A stretch of DNA of 64,000 nt from positions 32,001 through 96,000 of the forward strand of contig JAGWLG010000003.1 of the NCBI GenBank assembly GCA_028864975.1, given 5' to 3'. This DNA is from Thermoplasmata archaeon. GTDB taxonomy: Archaea; Thermoplasmatota; Thermoplasmata; Lutacidiplasmatales; UBA184. Positions within the stretch are counted from its first letter, which is position 1, and each line of letters begins with the position of its first letter. The translations under genes and the position numbers were made by a program. A model generated the notes under the pieces. The model had not been told where the DNA came from. It ran no database searches and worked only from the letters and a program-made list of their open reading frames with translations. Shown here piece by piece: positions 29,218 to 38,653 of this stretch.

Positions 29218-29444
29218 GCATTCGACCCGTGCCGCAGCTGGCGGATTGCCTTCTCCACGCCCGCCGAGTCCATCCTTCCCTTGAACAGCCTGTAGAGGCT
29301 CCTCTTCGGGCGAGGCCGAATGAGGATCCCGGCCTCGGTATCCACGACCATGGCCTCCTCGCCCTCGCCAGGGTGATGCTTCTCGCGTAGCTCCTTCGGC
29401 AGCGTGATCTGCCCCTTGGAACTGATCTTGACCGTGCTGGCCAT
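29214..29444 (-). CDS. AbrB/MazE/SpoVT-family antitoxin
   Basis: VKISSKGQITLPKELRE; stop overlaps the GTG of the PIN gene; imperfect palindrome AAGTAA-TCT-TTACCT at 29467-29481. Confidence 0.85.
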   Translation of the reverse strand: MASTVKISSKGQITLPKELREKHHPGEGEEAMVVDTEAGILIRPRPKRSLYRLFKGRMDSAGVEKAIRQLRHGSNA

Positions 29445-29659
29445 GTCCCTATCAAGGCGGCTTTGCAAGTAATCTTTACCTCACGTTCCGAACACGTCCG
29501 TCTCCCTGGCCCAACGTGTCGGGAGAATTTGCGCCGAGAACGGCCTCTCGGGCTCTGGTCCAGGGTCCCGTGCCTCTCGGGGGACATCCGCCTCGTCCGC
29601 GCACCGTCGCTGGACGGTGCCCTACTCGACCTCGGACTTCGAGGCGCACTGCCCCGCCG

Positions 29660-30244
29660 TTACGCCGCTGTCTTGGAAGAGCCCGCAGGGGTCGCCGCGG
29701 GCTTCGTGGCTGGCGCGCGCGGCTGCGAGCCGCCCGTCGCGGGAGGAGCCCCCTTGGCGGTCGTGGCCGGGGCCCCTGGTCTTGCGGGTGGGGTCTTCGG
29801 TAGGGAGGGGGTCGCCGCCGCGGGAGCCCCCGGAGGGGACGAGAGCACCTCGACCTTTTCCTTTGCATGGTCGCTCGCGTGCTCGACGTAGACCTTCCAC
29901 TTCCCCGAGGGCTTGCCACCGCCTAGGAGGCGGTCGATCCCGATGGCGGAGAGGTCCGCGACCCGGGCGTCCCCCTCCATCTTGAGCGCCTTCTCGGCCT
30001 GCAGGAGCGGGAGGAGGGAGGAGAGCTCTCCCACGTTCACCGCTTCGGGGTGGGCGACGGCGGCCGCCGGGCGCTTGAACCCGTGCCGCCCGAAGTGGTC
30101 GGGCGCGTAGATGAGCATCGACTTGAACTTGTATTTGTGGAGACCCGCGTTCCCGCGTCCGCCCTGCTTGCCGGCGCCACGTCCCGCCTTGATCCCCCGC
30201 CCGTGGGTCCTCGACCCCCGGAACTTCCTCGTGCGCGATGGCAT
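29660..30244 (-). CDS. rpl15: 50S ribosomal protein uL15 with Pro/Ala-rich C-terminal tail
   Basis: RKFRGSRTHGRG, GGRGNAG, FGRHGF, DRLLGGG. Confidence 0.93.
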   Translation of the reverse strand: MPSRTRKFRGSRTHGRGIKAGRGAGKQGGRGNAGLHKYKFKSMLIYAPDHFGRHGFKRPAAAVAHPEAVNVGELSSLLPLLQAEKALKMEGDARVADLSAIGIDRLLGGGKPSGKWKVYVEHASDHAKEKVEVLSSPPGAPAAATPSLPKTPPARPGAPATTAKGAPPATGGSQPRAPATKPAATPAGSSKTAA

Positions 30245-30266
30245 CTCTTCTCCCTCCCCTCGTCCC

Positions 30267-30737
30267 TCAGATCATCCGCGCGATGAGCTTGTCCATGTCT
30301 ATCTTTGTGCCGGGCTCGCGGTAACCGAGGGCGCCGCCCAGGGTGTAGGGCTTCTTCGTCGAACGCCAGCCGCCCTTCGGAGGGTGGAGACGGAAGAGGG
30401 GCTTCACGCCCGGGATGTGGAGCGAGCCTTCCTTGTGGACCCGCTCTGCGAGACCTTTCAGGTCCTTCGCGCCGGAGACGGGAGGGAGCTTCGCGGCATC
30501 GAGGAGGTGGCCGTCCTCCGTGAGCGCGCGGGCCTTGACCAGCGCCTCGACCGTAGGTGCGCTCACCGGACCCCAGGTGACGTACCCCTGGACCTTGTTG
30601 ACCATCCCGCGCAGCTCGTTCTTCTCGGGGAGGATCACGAGGTGGTTCTGTCGGGTCAGATGCAGGTGCCTCATCGTCTCGTTGAGCGAGGCTTCGGCGT
30701 GGACCCCGCCCCGCACCCGGACGACCGCCCACGTCAT
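30267..30737 (-). CDS. rpl30: 50S ribosomal protein uL30
   Basis: AVVRVRG, GMVNKVQGYVTWG, FRLHPPKGG. Confidence 0.93.
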   Translation of the reverse strand: MTWAVVRVRGGVHAEASLNETMRHLHLTRQNHLVILPEKNELRGMVNKVQGYVTWGPVSAPTVEALVKARALTEDGHLLDAAKLPPVSGAKDLKGLAERVHKEGSLHIPGVKPLFRLHPPKGGWRSTKKPYTLGGALGYREPGTKIDMDKLIARMI

Positions 30738-30739
30738 GG

Positions 30740-31651
30740 TCAGGGCCCTCCCGGTCGCGGCCCGGTGGGCCGGGGCGTACGATGACCCCCGCCGCCTGGA
30801 CGAGCGCCCGGACGTCCCCGCCCCCCGCCTCGTCCGCCGGGACGACCGCCGCCACGTCCCCCAGGCCCTCCGCGCGGACCGCCACCGGGCGGGGCCGCTT
30901 CCTTCGGGGGCAGGATCGAGGTGCCCGTGGCTCCGCGCACGATCTTCAGACGGTCGCGGTCGGCCTCGGGGACCTTGACCATGGAGAGCTGACGGAGCGC
31001 CTCGAAGGCCGCCTGGGCGTAGTTCACGGTGGTCTTCGTGTGCCCCTCAGTGAACGCCCACGCGTCCACGATGCCGGCGAAACGCAGGACCGGCTTCGCG
31101 ATGTCGCCCACCGCGAGCGAGACGCCGCGGGGGGCGGGCTTGAACGTGACGCGGACGCTCCCCGTGCGTCCCACGATCTGGAACGGGAGGGTGTGGGGCT
31201 TGTAGCAGCCGCACTCCCAGCTGCCGCATCCCCGCGGGACCTCGATGAGATGGAGCTTCGCGTGGTCGATCGCCCGTCGGATCGTCGGGCCGACCTCGCG
31301 TCCCCTGGCGCGGCCCAGGCCGACGAACCCGTCGCCGTTACCGACGACCACGGTGACCGCGAACTTGAACCGGCGGCCCGAGTCGGTCATGCGCTGGACC
31401 ATGTTCACGTCCAGTACCTCGTCGTGGAGGTTCGGGAGCAGAGCGTCCGCGATCTGGACCTCCTTGAGCGGGAGGCCGGTGTGCAGCGCCTGGGTCATCG
31501 TCGTGATCTCTCCCGAGAGGACGCGTCGGCCCAGTTCGGTACGAGGAACCCAGGGCGCGGCCGGTGCCGAGCGTTCACCGGGACCGCCAGGACCTGCTCC
31601 GCCGCTGGGGGGTGGGGGGGCGGTCGAGGCAGCGGGGGTTGCGGGGCTCAT
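30740..31651 (-). CDS. rps5: 30S ribosomal protein uS5 with RGG-rich C-terminal tail
   Basis: WVPRTELGR, MVQRMTDSGRR, GCGSWEC, PAPRGVSL. Confidence 0.95.
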   Translation of the reverse strand: MSPATPAASTAPPPPSGGAGPGGPGERSAPAAPWVPRTELGRRVLSGEITTMTQALHTGLPLKEVQIADALLPNLHDEVLDVNMVQRMTDSGRRFKFAVTVVVGNGDGFVGLGRARGREVGPTIRRAIDHAKLHLIEVPRGCGSWECGCYKPHTLPFQIVGRTGSVRVTFKPAPRGVSLAVGDIAKPVLRFAGIVDAWAFTEGHTKTTVNYAQAAFEALRQLSMVKVPEADRDRLKIVRGATGTSILPPKEAAPPGGGPRGGPGGRGGGRPGGRGGGRGRPGARPGGGGHRTPRPTGPRPGGP

Positions 31652-32187
31652 GGCTTAGCTCCAGGGGCGGCGGCCTTCGTCACCAAGGTAGATGAGACCT
31701 TCTGACGCAGTTGGTCGAGGGGTACCGACAGCGGGGACTTGAGATGCGCTCCGCCCAGGCGCTCCTTGGGGGGCATGCCCTCCTTCGAGTGCGGGATCTC
31801 CACGCCGGCGTCGAGGAGCCCTTGGAGGGCCCCCAGGATGCGTCCTCCCTTCGAGGGGCGGAGCACGCCCGCGTCCAGGACCGCTTCCTTCTCCCCCTTC
31901 GCTGCAAGGCGAAGCCCGGCGAGGTACCCCGTGAGGTAGGCGGCCGGGGTCGACGTGAGACTTGTGGTCGGGAAGCCCACGTCGACGAGCTCAGGGCTTT
32001 CGGCGAAAGCCAGGACCTTGTCGCCGGCGGGGTCGAACTCCTCCAGAGAGACCAGGATCCTACGGTTGGTGAGACGCACGACCGCCCGGGGCATCTCGCT
32101 CTTGAGCTGACGGAGTCGGTAACGGTAGTCCGTCTTGCCTTCGCGCTGGCGGCGGAACTTCACGCGGTAGCGAGGACCATGCGCCAT
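31648..32187 (-). CDS. rpl18: 50S ribosomal protein uL18
   Basis: GPRYRVKFRRQREGKTDY, PAAYLTG. Confidence 0.95.
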   Translation of the reverse strand: MAHGPRYRVKFRRQREGKTDYRYRLRQLKSEMPRAVVRLTNRRILVSLEEFDPAGDKVLAFAESPELVDVGFPTTSLTSTPAAYLTGYLAGLRLAAKGEKEAVLDAGVLRPSKGGRILGALQGLLDAGVEIPHSKEGMPPKERLGGAHLKSPLSVPLDQLRQKVSSTLVTKAAAPGAKP

Positions 32188-32646
32188 CTACGCAGCCTCC
32201 TTGAGCGCGCCCGCGAGCCGCAGGTTCATGAGCAGGTGGGAACGGCTGCGGAACATCCCGCCCTTCGCCTTGCGGTAGTACTCCCGGTAGACCTTGGGGG
32301 TGATCTTCTTCGAGGTGCGGAGCTCCGCGAGCAGCTCGCGCTGCGGGCGGATGCGGTGGATCCAGCGCTCCTTGCCGGTGAGTCGGGAGGTGGGCGGACC
32401 CTTGCGCGAGCCCACGCCCTGATGGCGGCCGCGGTCGAGCTCCTCCTGGTGCTTGCGAGCGCGGACGCGCGAGACCCCCTTCACGGCCTTGCGTTGGATG
32501 ACCCCCGTCGCGATCGCGCGCCGGATGTCCTGGCGCGTCACCTGGTCCGAGAGGTCCTCGATGCTCGCAGGGTCGATCCAGACGCGGCCCTCCCCGCACT
32601 TGAGGAGCGAGGCGGCCATCCGACGTTGGTTGCGAAGGTCGGTCAC
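32188..32646 (-). CDS. rpl19e: 50S ribosomal protein eL19
   Basis: QRRMAA.LLKCGEGRVWIDP, GSRKG, YRKAKGG. Confidence 0.95.
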   Translation of the reverse strand: MTDLRNQRRMAASLLKCGEGRVWIDPASIEDLSDQVTRQDIRRAIATGVIQRKAVKGVSRVRARKHQEELDRGRHQGVGSRKGPPTSRLTGKERWIHRIRPQRELLAELRTSKKITPKVYREYYRKAKGGMFRSRSHLLMNLRLAGALKEAA

Positions 32647-33284
32647 TGGTTCCCCTCCTCCTTCAGGATCGGGTTCAGCACGTGGATGCCCTTCTTGCGG
32701 GCGATCTCTTCGAGAAGCAACCGCTTGCGTACGCCCACGCCGTGGGCGATGACCGCGGCCTCCCGCTTCGGGTCGATCCCCTCGAGCTCCTTCGAGTTCC
32801 AGACCACCTGGGGACGGAATCCCGTCGGGGTGAGCCCACGGACCTTCGCCGGCGTCCGATAGCCGATGGACACGATGTTCGCACGGTACCCGTAGTGGCG
32901 GCGCTGCTTCGACTGAAGTCCGCGAGGGCGGCGCCAGCTGCCCCAGCGACCGATCCGCACGTAGCGGTTCGCCGCCTGGCGGCCGAAGATCGGCCGTCGG
33001 CGGTCGACGGAGCGTCGCAGGTGCAGGAGCCGACGTTCCTCCCCTTCGAGCGTGGCACGCTTCGGCGCGAGCGGGCCGTCCTCCTTCTCCTTCCCTTCGC
33101 GCTCAGACTTCTCGCCCTTGGCGGCCTTGTCCTCGCCGGCCTTCGGCTTTTCCACCTTGGCCGCGGACGAAGGTGCAGGGGCCGCGAGCTTGGCCACAGG
33201 CTTCGCGATGGGCTTCTTCACGGGGGTCGCCGCGGTGGTCGTGGTCGCAGGGGCGGCCGAGGGCGACTTCGTCTCGTCGGACAT
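32643..33284 (-). CDS. rpl32e: 50S ribosomal protein eL32 with Ala/Lys/Pro-rich N-terminal extension
   Basis: WRRPRGLQSK, IGYRTPAKVRGLTPTG; start MSDETK at 33284. Confidence 0.92.
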   Translation of the reverse strand: MSDETKSPSAAPATTTTAATPVKKPIAKPVAKLAAPAPSSAAKVEKPKAGEDKAAKGEKSEREGKEKEDGPLAPKRATLEGEERRLLHLRRSVDRRRPIFGRQAANRYVRIGRWGSWRRPRGLQSKQRRHYGYRANIVSIGYRTPAKVRGLTPTGFRPQVVWNSKELEGIDPKREAAVIAHGVGVRKRLLLEEIARKKGIHVLNPILKEEGNQ

Positions 33285-33288
33285 CGGC

Positions 33289-33858
33289 CTACTCGCCTCC
33301 CATCGGGTGCGCCTTGACGATGATGTAGACACCGTCCTGGAAGACGCGCGGGTCGTAGTTGCGGATGCGGGTCGCTCGCTCGAGGTTCGCGGCGGACTGC
33401 CCCACCGCCTCGATGTCGTTCCCCTTGAGCACGACCACGTCGCCCTCGATCGCGGCCTTCGTCGCTCCGAGCAGCTTCGAGCGGCGCGGCATCTTCTCGT
33501 TCAGGAAGTTCTCGATGAGCACCGTGTCCTCGCGCGAGGAGAGCTTCATTGGGAAGTGAGCGGAGACCGCCTTGCAGCGGGCCTCGAACCCCAGGGTGAC
33601 CCCTGTGAGGAGGTTCGCCACGTGGCGCTCCCACGTGAGCAGGAGCGCACGGCTGCGCTTTCGCGGGGGGAGCAGGAGCGTGAGCACCGCCTGCCCGCCC
33701 TTCGTGCTGAGAGCGAGGGCGCCCACGGGGAAGCTCCGTGCGACCTTGCCCAGCTTGCCCTCGGCGACGATGGACGCGCCGTCCAAGCGAAGCTTCGCGC
33801 CTTGGGGAAGGGCGACCTCGACGGAGGGGCGCGCGGGGCCCTGGGTCTCAGTAGACAT
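33289..33858 (-). CDS. rpl6: 50S ribosomal protein uL6
   Basis: HFPM, IENFL, VGQSAANLE, DPRVFQDGVYI. Confidence 0.93.
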   Translation of the reverse strand: MSTETQGPARPSVEVALPQGAKLRLDGASIVAEGKLGKVARSFPVGALALSTKGGQAVLTLLLPPRKRSRALLLTWERHVANLLTGVTLGFEARCKAVSAHFPMKLSSREDTVLIENFLNEKMPRRSKLLGATKAAIEGDVVVLKGNDIEAVGQSAANLERATRIRNYDPRVFQDGVYIIVKAHPMGGE

Positions 33859-34237
33859 AGGCGAGAAGCTTCCCTCCGATGCCGAGCTCCCGCGCCTTCG
33901 TCTGGCTCACCACGCCGCGGGAGGTGGTGAGGATCAGCAGGCCGAAGTCCTGGGCGGGCAGGTAGCGCGACTCGTAGCGCTCAAGCTCGCGCACCCCGAC
34001 CGAGAGACGGGGCTTGAGCACGCCGCAGGAGTTGATCCTCCGGCTGAGCGCGACGGCGTAGGCGCCGCCCTGGCCGTTCTCCTCGTAGTGAAACTCTCCG
34101 ATGTAGCCATGCTCCCGAAGGATCCCCAGGACGTTCCCCACCAGGCGGGAAATGGGGCGGAGCGTCACGGTCTCCTGGCCGCGGAGGTCGGCATGGCGCA
34201 GCGCGAGGAGGGCGTCGTTGAGCAGGTCCTGTCGCAT
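33848..34237 (-). CDS. rps8: 30S ribosomal protein uS8
   Basis: GYIGEF, INSCG..KPR, YLPAQDFG, GGKLLAYVY. Confidence 0.95.
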   Translation of the reverse strand: MRQDLLNDALLALRHADLRGQETVTLRPISRLVGNVLGILREHGYIGEFHYEENGQGGAYAVALSRRINSCGVLKPRLSVGVRELERYESRYLPAQDFGLLILTTSRGVVSQTKARELGIGGKLLAYVY

Positions 34238-34255
34238 GGTCTCTTCTCCTCCCTC

Positions 34256-34402
34256 CTACTGGTACTTGCGGAACCCCAGGTCCCGCGCCACTTCGCGGAA
34301 GCACTGACGGCAGAAGTGGAGCCCGTACCGTCGGACGATCCCCCGCTTGCGCCCGCAGCGGCTGCAGCCGATCTTGCGACCGAAGAACTTCTTGGGCTTC
34401 AT
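34256..34402 (-). CDS. rps14: 30S ribosomal protein uS14 (48 aa, absent from ORF track)
   Basis: Manual translation [48 protein letters not shown]. Confidence 0.95.
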   Translation of the reverse strand: MKPKKFFGRKIGCSRCGRKRGIVRRYGLHFCRQCFREVARDLGFRKYQ

Positions 34403-34424
34403 GTCGACCGCTCCTTCCTCCGTC

Positions 34425-35015
34425 CTATTCGATGAAGATGACGCCGAAGGCCTCGGCGAGGAACTTGCGGGTCTCGTCGGGGGTGGGTCGGTTGTGGATG
34501 CCCAGGGAACGGTGGGCCCTCGCGCGGTGCCGGACGCGCCAACCCGCGCGGCCGACCTCGACGCAGACGTCCATGCCGTAGATCCCGATCTGGGGGTCGT
34601 ACTTCATCCCGGCAAAGTCCGTGTAGTCGGGCACGCCGAAGGCGAGGTTCCCGACCTTGTCGACGGAGAGGGGGTCCATCCGGTTCTCGCGCGTCGCAAG
34701 CGCCCGCTTGAGGAAGTCGATCGCGACCTCCCCCCGTAGCGTGACCTTGGTCCCGAGCTCCTGGCCCTCGCGGATGCCCAGGTCGCGGTTCGTGCTGTGC
34801 GCCCGCGTCGCGATGGGCTTCTGATGGGTGATCATCTGGAGGACCTTCTCGGCCTTCGTCCTGCGCTCTCCCGCCTCGCCCACGCCGATGTTCACGACGA
34901 CCTTCTCGACGCGCAGCGCGCGCATCGGGTTCGCGCCCGCGGGGGCCTTGGGGGCGGACGGGGTCGAAGGGGAGGGGGAAGAGGCGGGCACGCTCGTCTT
35001 GGCCGGGGCGCTCAT
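34425..35015 (-). CDS. rpl5: 50S ribosomal protein uL5
   Basis: [30 protein letters not shown]. Confidence 0.95.
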   Translation of the reverse strand: MSAPAKTSVPASSPSPSTPSAPKAPAGANPMRALRVEKVVVNIGVGEAGERRTKAEKVLQMITHQKPIATRAHSTNRDLGIREGQELGTKVTLRGEVAIDFLKRALATRENRMDPLSVDKVGNLAFGVPDYTDFAGMKYDPQIGIYGMDVCVEVGRAGWRVRHRARAHRSLGIHNRPTPDETRKFLAEAFGVIFIE

Positions 35016-35728
35016 GGGCTAAGACCTCCCGGGAGCGTGACGAGGGCGGTCTCCGTGCCGACAATGAAGACATAGTCCTTCACGGTCGAGAATCCCTCCT
35101 TGAAGTGGACGCGGTTGGGCTGCGACGAGGGGATCACCTCGACCTTGTCGACGCGGGCCAGCTCGCCGACGTGGCTCCCGCCGGAGATGAACGCGAGCGC
35201 GTTCGACCCGAGGGCGATCCGCTGCAGGACCTTCTGCCCCGGCAGCTCGACGCGCAGGGTGTCCCCCACTTTGATCTCGGTCGGGGCGCCGACTAGGAGG
35301 TTCCGGCCGTCGTGGAGCGTGAGTGCGATCTTGCCGCCGGCGACCGTGTGCTTGAAGCGGACCCGTCCGAGCTTGAACTTCGCGTCCGGGGGGGGGATCG
35401 GCAGGAGCGTGAGGCGGCCTCGCCGGTCCCTCAGCATCCGGTAGTCCTTCGCGAGCGGAGCGGCGATGGAAACGACGTCCATGAGCCCGATGCCCCGGGC
35501 GACGTCCTTGACGACCTTCCCGTCGACCCGGACCTTCCCCTCTCGGAGCAGGATGCGCGCTTCCCGCGCGGTGTTCGCGAGGTGGAGGATGTCCCGCAGG
35601 ACCATCACGAGCGGCATCGAGTCGTTCTGGCCGTGCGGGCCAGGGGAAGGGCGCTGCACCCACTTCCGCCCCTTGCGAGCGATCGGCCAGCTGCGCGGGG
35701 AAGCCCTTCTCTTCAACCGGAACGGCAT
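35012..35728 (-). CDS. rps4e: 30S ribosomal protein eS4
   Basis: LKRRASPRSWPI.RK, PGPH, VRVDGKV, GGSHVG. Confidence 0.95.
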   Translation of the reverse strand: MPFRLKRRASPRSWPIARKGRKWVQRPSPGPHGQNDSMPLVMVLRDILHLANTAREARILLREGKVRVDGKVVKDVARGIGLMDVVSIAAPLAKDYRMLRDRRGRLTLLPIPPPDAKFKLGRVRFKHTVAGGKIALTLHDGRNLLVGAPTEIKVGDTLRVELPGQKVLQRIALGSNALAFISGGSHVGELARVDKVEVIPSSQPNRVHFKEGFSTVKDYVFIVGTETALVTLPGGLSP

Positions 35729-35730
35729 GT

Positions 35731-36246
35731 CTACTCCTCTCCGTCGTCCTGGGCCTCATCGCCCTTCGGCCCGGCGGGTTCCTTCTTCTCGGTCTCCGGC
35801 TCCGACTTCGACCCCGACTCCTCGGCCGCCTCGTCGGAGGAGACCTCCTCCGCTTCCTCCTCGGCCGCCTCTTCGGGGGCCTTGAGCACGCGGCGCCGCC
35901 AGGGGTCGGCCAGGTTGAGCTTGGTGATCATGAGGTGGCCGATGGGGAGCGGGAGCTGCTTCAGCTTCTTGTCCGCCTTCTGCAACGTCACGTTGTCCAG
36001 GACCACGGCGTAGTGGCGGTAGTCGACCTTGGCGACGCGCTCCTCTCGTCCGATGTAGTTACCGGCAAGGACGCGGACCGTGTCCCCCTTGCGGACCGGG
36101 ATCCTGCGTCTGCCGTAGCGCGAGCGGAGCTCGCGGGAGAGCGGCAGCGCGAGGCGCTTCCGCCGCAAATGATGGGGCGCTCGGTAGAGCGCCTTGCGTT
36201 GGGCCCGGGGGTGGTAGGAGGTCGTCCCCTTCACGCTCGGCTGCAT
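35731..36246 (-). CDS. rpl24: 50S ribosomal protein uL24 with acidic C-terminal tail
   Basis: PRAQRK.LY.APHH, PVRKGDTV.V. Confidence 0.95.
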   Translation of the reverse strand: MQPSVKGTTSYHPRAQRKALYRAPHHLRRKRLALPLSRELRSRYGRRRIPVRKGDTVRVLAGNYIGREERVAKVDYRHYAVVLDNVTLQKADKKLKQLPLPIGHLMITKLNLADPWRRRVLKAPEEAAEEEAEEVSSDEAAEESGSKSEPETEKKEPAGPKGDEAQDDGEE

Positions 36247-36271
36247 TCGAACGCCCTCCTCCTCCTCGGTC

Positions 36272-36670
36272 CTAAACGATCATGGAGGCCGCGGCGGCGA
36301 TCCTCGGCCATCGTTCAGCCGCCTCTTTGGCCACAGGGCCTTTGATCTGGGAACCTTTGGTCTCGCCGGTCTCGGTGGTGATCACCGCGGCGTTGTCTTC
36401 GAACATCAGGCGCGTCCCGTCGGCCCGGCGCACGGCCGCCTTCTGTCGGATGATCACGGCGTGCATGACCTTCCGACGGAGGTCGGGGGGGCCCTTCTTG
36501 ACCGAGACGATCACCAGGTCGCCGATGGCGGCTTTCGGGTAGCGTCGGTGGTGACCATGCCAGTTGCGGACGGAGATGATCTCGACGACCTTCGCGCCGG
36601 TGTTGTCCGCGCACTCGAGGCGGGCGCCCTTCGGCAGGGCCCGGGTCCTGGCTCCCGCGAGGCCCTTCAT
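36272..36670 (-). CDS. rpl14: 50S ribosomal protein uL14
   Basis: [30 protein letters not shown]. Confidence 0.97.
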   Translation of the reverse strand: MKGLAGARTRALPKGARLECADNTGAKVVEIISVRNWHGHHRRYPKAAIGDLVIVSVKKGPPDLRRKVMHAVIIRQKAAVRRADGTRLMFEDNAAVITTETGETKGSQIKGPVAKEAAERWPRIAAAASMIV

Positions 36671-37275
36671 GCCTCCCCCTTCGTCGGAGCGCTCGCGGCC
36701 TCCAGCTTCTCCTGGGCCGTCTTCGCCTCGACGGCGCTCTCGGCGGCGACCTGGCTCTTCTCGGCGCGGGCGGCCGCGGCCTCCTCGCCGTGGATCTCGC
36801 GGCGCGCATCCCCCAGGTCCTCGACGACGACGAAGCTCACGTTCTTCGCGAGCGGGCGCGTCTCCGCGATGCGCACGCGGCGACCCGACCTCACCCCGAG
36901 GCAGGGAGGGGCGTGGACGAGGTAGCGACGACGCCGCTTCTCGTACCGCTCGAACTTGGAGACGTAGCGGAGCACGGTCCGGCTCACGACGACCGTCCCC
37001 TGCATGTGGTCGGAGACGACCTCGCCCTCGATCACCTGGCCGCGGACCTTGAGGTGGCCATGGAAAGGACAGTTCAGGTCGTGGCAGGCGGTCTTAGGAA
37101 GCCGCACGTCGAGCCCGATGTCGCGGGCCGCCTTGGTCGCTGGAGCGCGGGGGACGGCGGGGGAAGCGGCCCCGACCGCCGCGAGCTTGGTGGCCGGGCG
37201 GGGCTTCTTGGGAGCGGGCGCGCTCGCCGGACGGGGCGAGGGCGTTCGCGGAGCTCGTGGGGTGCTTCCCGTCAT
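36667..37275 (-). CDS. rps17: 30S ribosomal protein uS17 with N- and C-terminal extensions
   Basis: DIGLDV, CPFHG.L.VRG, RYEKR, ETRPLAK; ATG 37275 overlaps the upstream stop. Confidence 0.93.
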   Translation of the reverse strand: MTGSTPRAPRTPSPRPASAPAPKKPRPATKLAAVGAASPAVPRAPATKAARDIGLDVRLPKTACHDLNCPFHGHLKVRGQVIEGEVVSDHMQGTVVVSRTVLRYVSKFERYEKRRRRYLVHAPPCLGVRSGRRVRIAETRPLAKNVSFVVVEDLGDARREIHGEEAAAARAEKSQVAAESAVEAKTAQEKLEAASAPTKGEA

Positions 37276-37625
37276 GGTCGACGCGACCTCCCCTTCGGGG
37301 CCAGTCGCTTGATCCGGTCTTCGGGGCGGTGGCGTAGCTCGTCCCCTATAAAGTGTACCGCCTTCCCATCCCGGGTGACCAGCGCCTCCAATCCCCCCTT
37401 CGGGAGCGTGCGCTCGTGACCCCCGGTCGTCGGCACCACACGGAAGGTGTTCCGTGTCTCGTCGACGACGACGCCCTCCCAGGGGAGGCGTTGCCACCCT
37501 GGGGCGTGCAAGATCGTGAGATGGGCACCTAGGAACTCGCCCATCAGGTCGAGGGGAGTGGCTTCGGCGACCTGGGGGCGCTCGAGGAGCGTGGCGCTCG
37601 CGACCGGTCGCGCACCTTCCCCCAT
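37272..37625 (-). CDS. rnp1: RNase P protein component 1 (Rpp29/Pop4)
   Basis: EFLG, GVVVDETRNTF, PK, RPEDRIK; conserved position between rpl29 and rps17. Confidence 0.85.
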   Translation of the reverse strand: MGEGARPVASATLLERPQVAEATPLDLMGEFLGAHLTILHAPGWQRLPWEGVVVDETRNTFRVVPTTGGHERTLPKGGLEALVTRDGKAVHFIGDELRHRPEDRIKRLAPKGRSRRP

Positions 37626-37655
37626 CGTCGTCCTCCGATCCTCTCAGGAGCCTGA

Positions 37656-37913
37656 TCACGAGGCGGCGCCCGCCTCGCTCGCGGTGGAGGACGAGCGGCC
37701 GCCCATGGCGGAGGCCCGTCGGCGCTCGGACTTCACGGTGAGCGCTCGGGCCAGGTCGGTCCTCAGCGCGCGGAGGTGTCCCGGCGATGCGGGAGCGCCT
37801 CCCATCGCGGCGATGCCGCGCTCTCGCAGGAGGTCGGACTCGATCTCGCCGATCTTGCGGTCCAGGTCCTCTTCCGGGAGCTGGCGCAGCTCTCTCATGC
37901 GCAGGAGCGTCAC
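37656..37913 (-). CDS. rpl29: 50S ribosomal protein uL29
   Basis: ELRQL, GGAPASPG.LR.LRTDLARALT. Confidence 0.9.
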   Translation of the reverse strand: MTLLRMRELRQLPEEDLDRKIGEIESDLLRERGIAAMGGAPASPGHLRALRTDLARALTVKSERRRASAMGGRSSSTASEAGAAS

Positions 37914-38647
37914 TTCGCACCTCGATCGCCTGCGGGTGCCAGCTCGACGGGGGCGGCCGCGGCCGTCTCCTCAGGGACCGAGGGGGCCGTGACGGTCGGA
38001 GCGTTGGTCCCGGTCGCGAGCGCTTGGGCCGTGGCGCTTCCCGCGGGGGCCGCCGCGCCCTTAACTTGGATCTCGTCAGGCATCCGCGCCGACGGGTGCA
38101 TGATCCAGACGTTGACCCCGATGACGCCGGGCTTCAGCTTCGCCTGGGCGAAGCCCTTGTCCATGTCGTAGAGGGAGGCCTGTCCGCAGTACTTGATCAT
38201 CCCGGCCTTGAACCGCTCCGTCCGGTGGCGCTCGCCGGTGAGCTTCCCGGAGAGGATGACCTGGGTACCCCGCGCACCGCTCTCCATGATGCGGCGGACG
38301 GTGGAGTGGCCCGCGCGACGGAAGTGCCAACCGCGCTCCAGCGTCGCGGCCAACTTCTCCGCCATGAGCTGGGCGTTCAGGTTGGGCTGGCGTTCCTCGA
38401 CGACCTCGATCTTCGGGTTGTCGACCTGGAACCGCTCGGCCAGGGTCTGGGTCAGGCGGTTGATGAACTCGCCCCTCCGCCCGATGATGATCCCGGGACG
38501 TTCGCAGATGAGCGTGATGCGCGTCCCCATCGGGGTACGCTGGATGTCGAGGCCGCCGAAGCCGGCCCGCTCGGACTCGTGGACCAGGTAGTCCTTGAGC
38601 AGGACGCGCCGGACCCCTTCCTGGATGAACTTCCGTTCGTTCGCCAT
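37910..38647 (-). CDS. rps3: 30S ribosomal protein uS3
   Basis: RTPMGTRI...ERPGIIIGRRG, GWHFRRAG, LSGKLTGER, KPGVIGV. Confidence 0.97.
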   Translation of the reverse strand: MANERKFIQEGVRRVLLKDYLVHESERAGFGGLDIQRTPMGTRITLICERPGIIIGRRGEFINRLTQTLAERFQVDNPKIEVVEERQPNLNAQLMAEKLAATLERGWHFRRAGHSTVRRIMESGARGTQVILSGKLTGERHRTERFKAGMIKYCGQASLYDMDKGFAQAKLKPGVIGVNVWIMHPSARMPDEIQVKGAAAPAGSATAQALATGTNAPTVTAPSVPEETAAAAPVELAPAGDRGAK

Positions 38648-38653
38648 GTCTCC

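Noticed and set aside
25340-29655. Autonomous mobile element or provirus
   Set aside because: No integrase, transposase, terminal inverted repeats or viral genes were recognised; reported only as an accessory island.
21666-37913. Absence of adk, rpl34e, rpl14e and SUI1 from their usual operon positions
   Set aside because: Loss or relocation of these genes varies among archaeal lineages and cannot be judged from one window.
37276-37920. uS17 fused to a 215-aa N-terminal region
   Set aside because: That stretch encodes Rpp29 and uL29 in other frames; the uS17 ATG at 37275 overlaps the Rpp29 stop.
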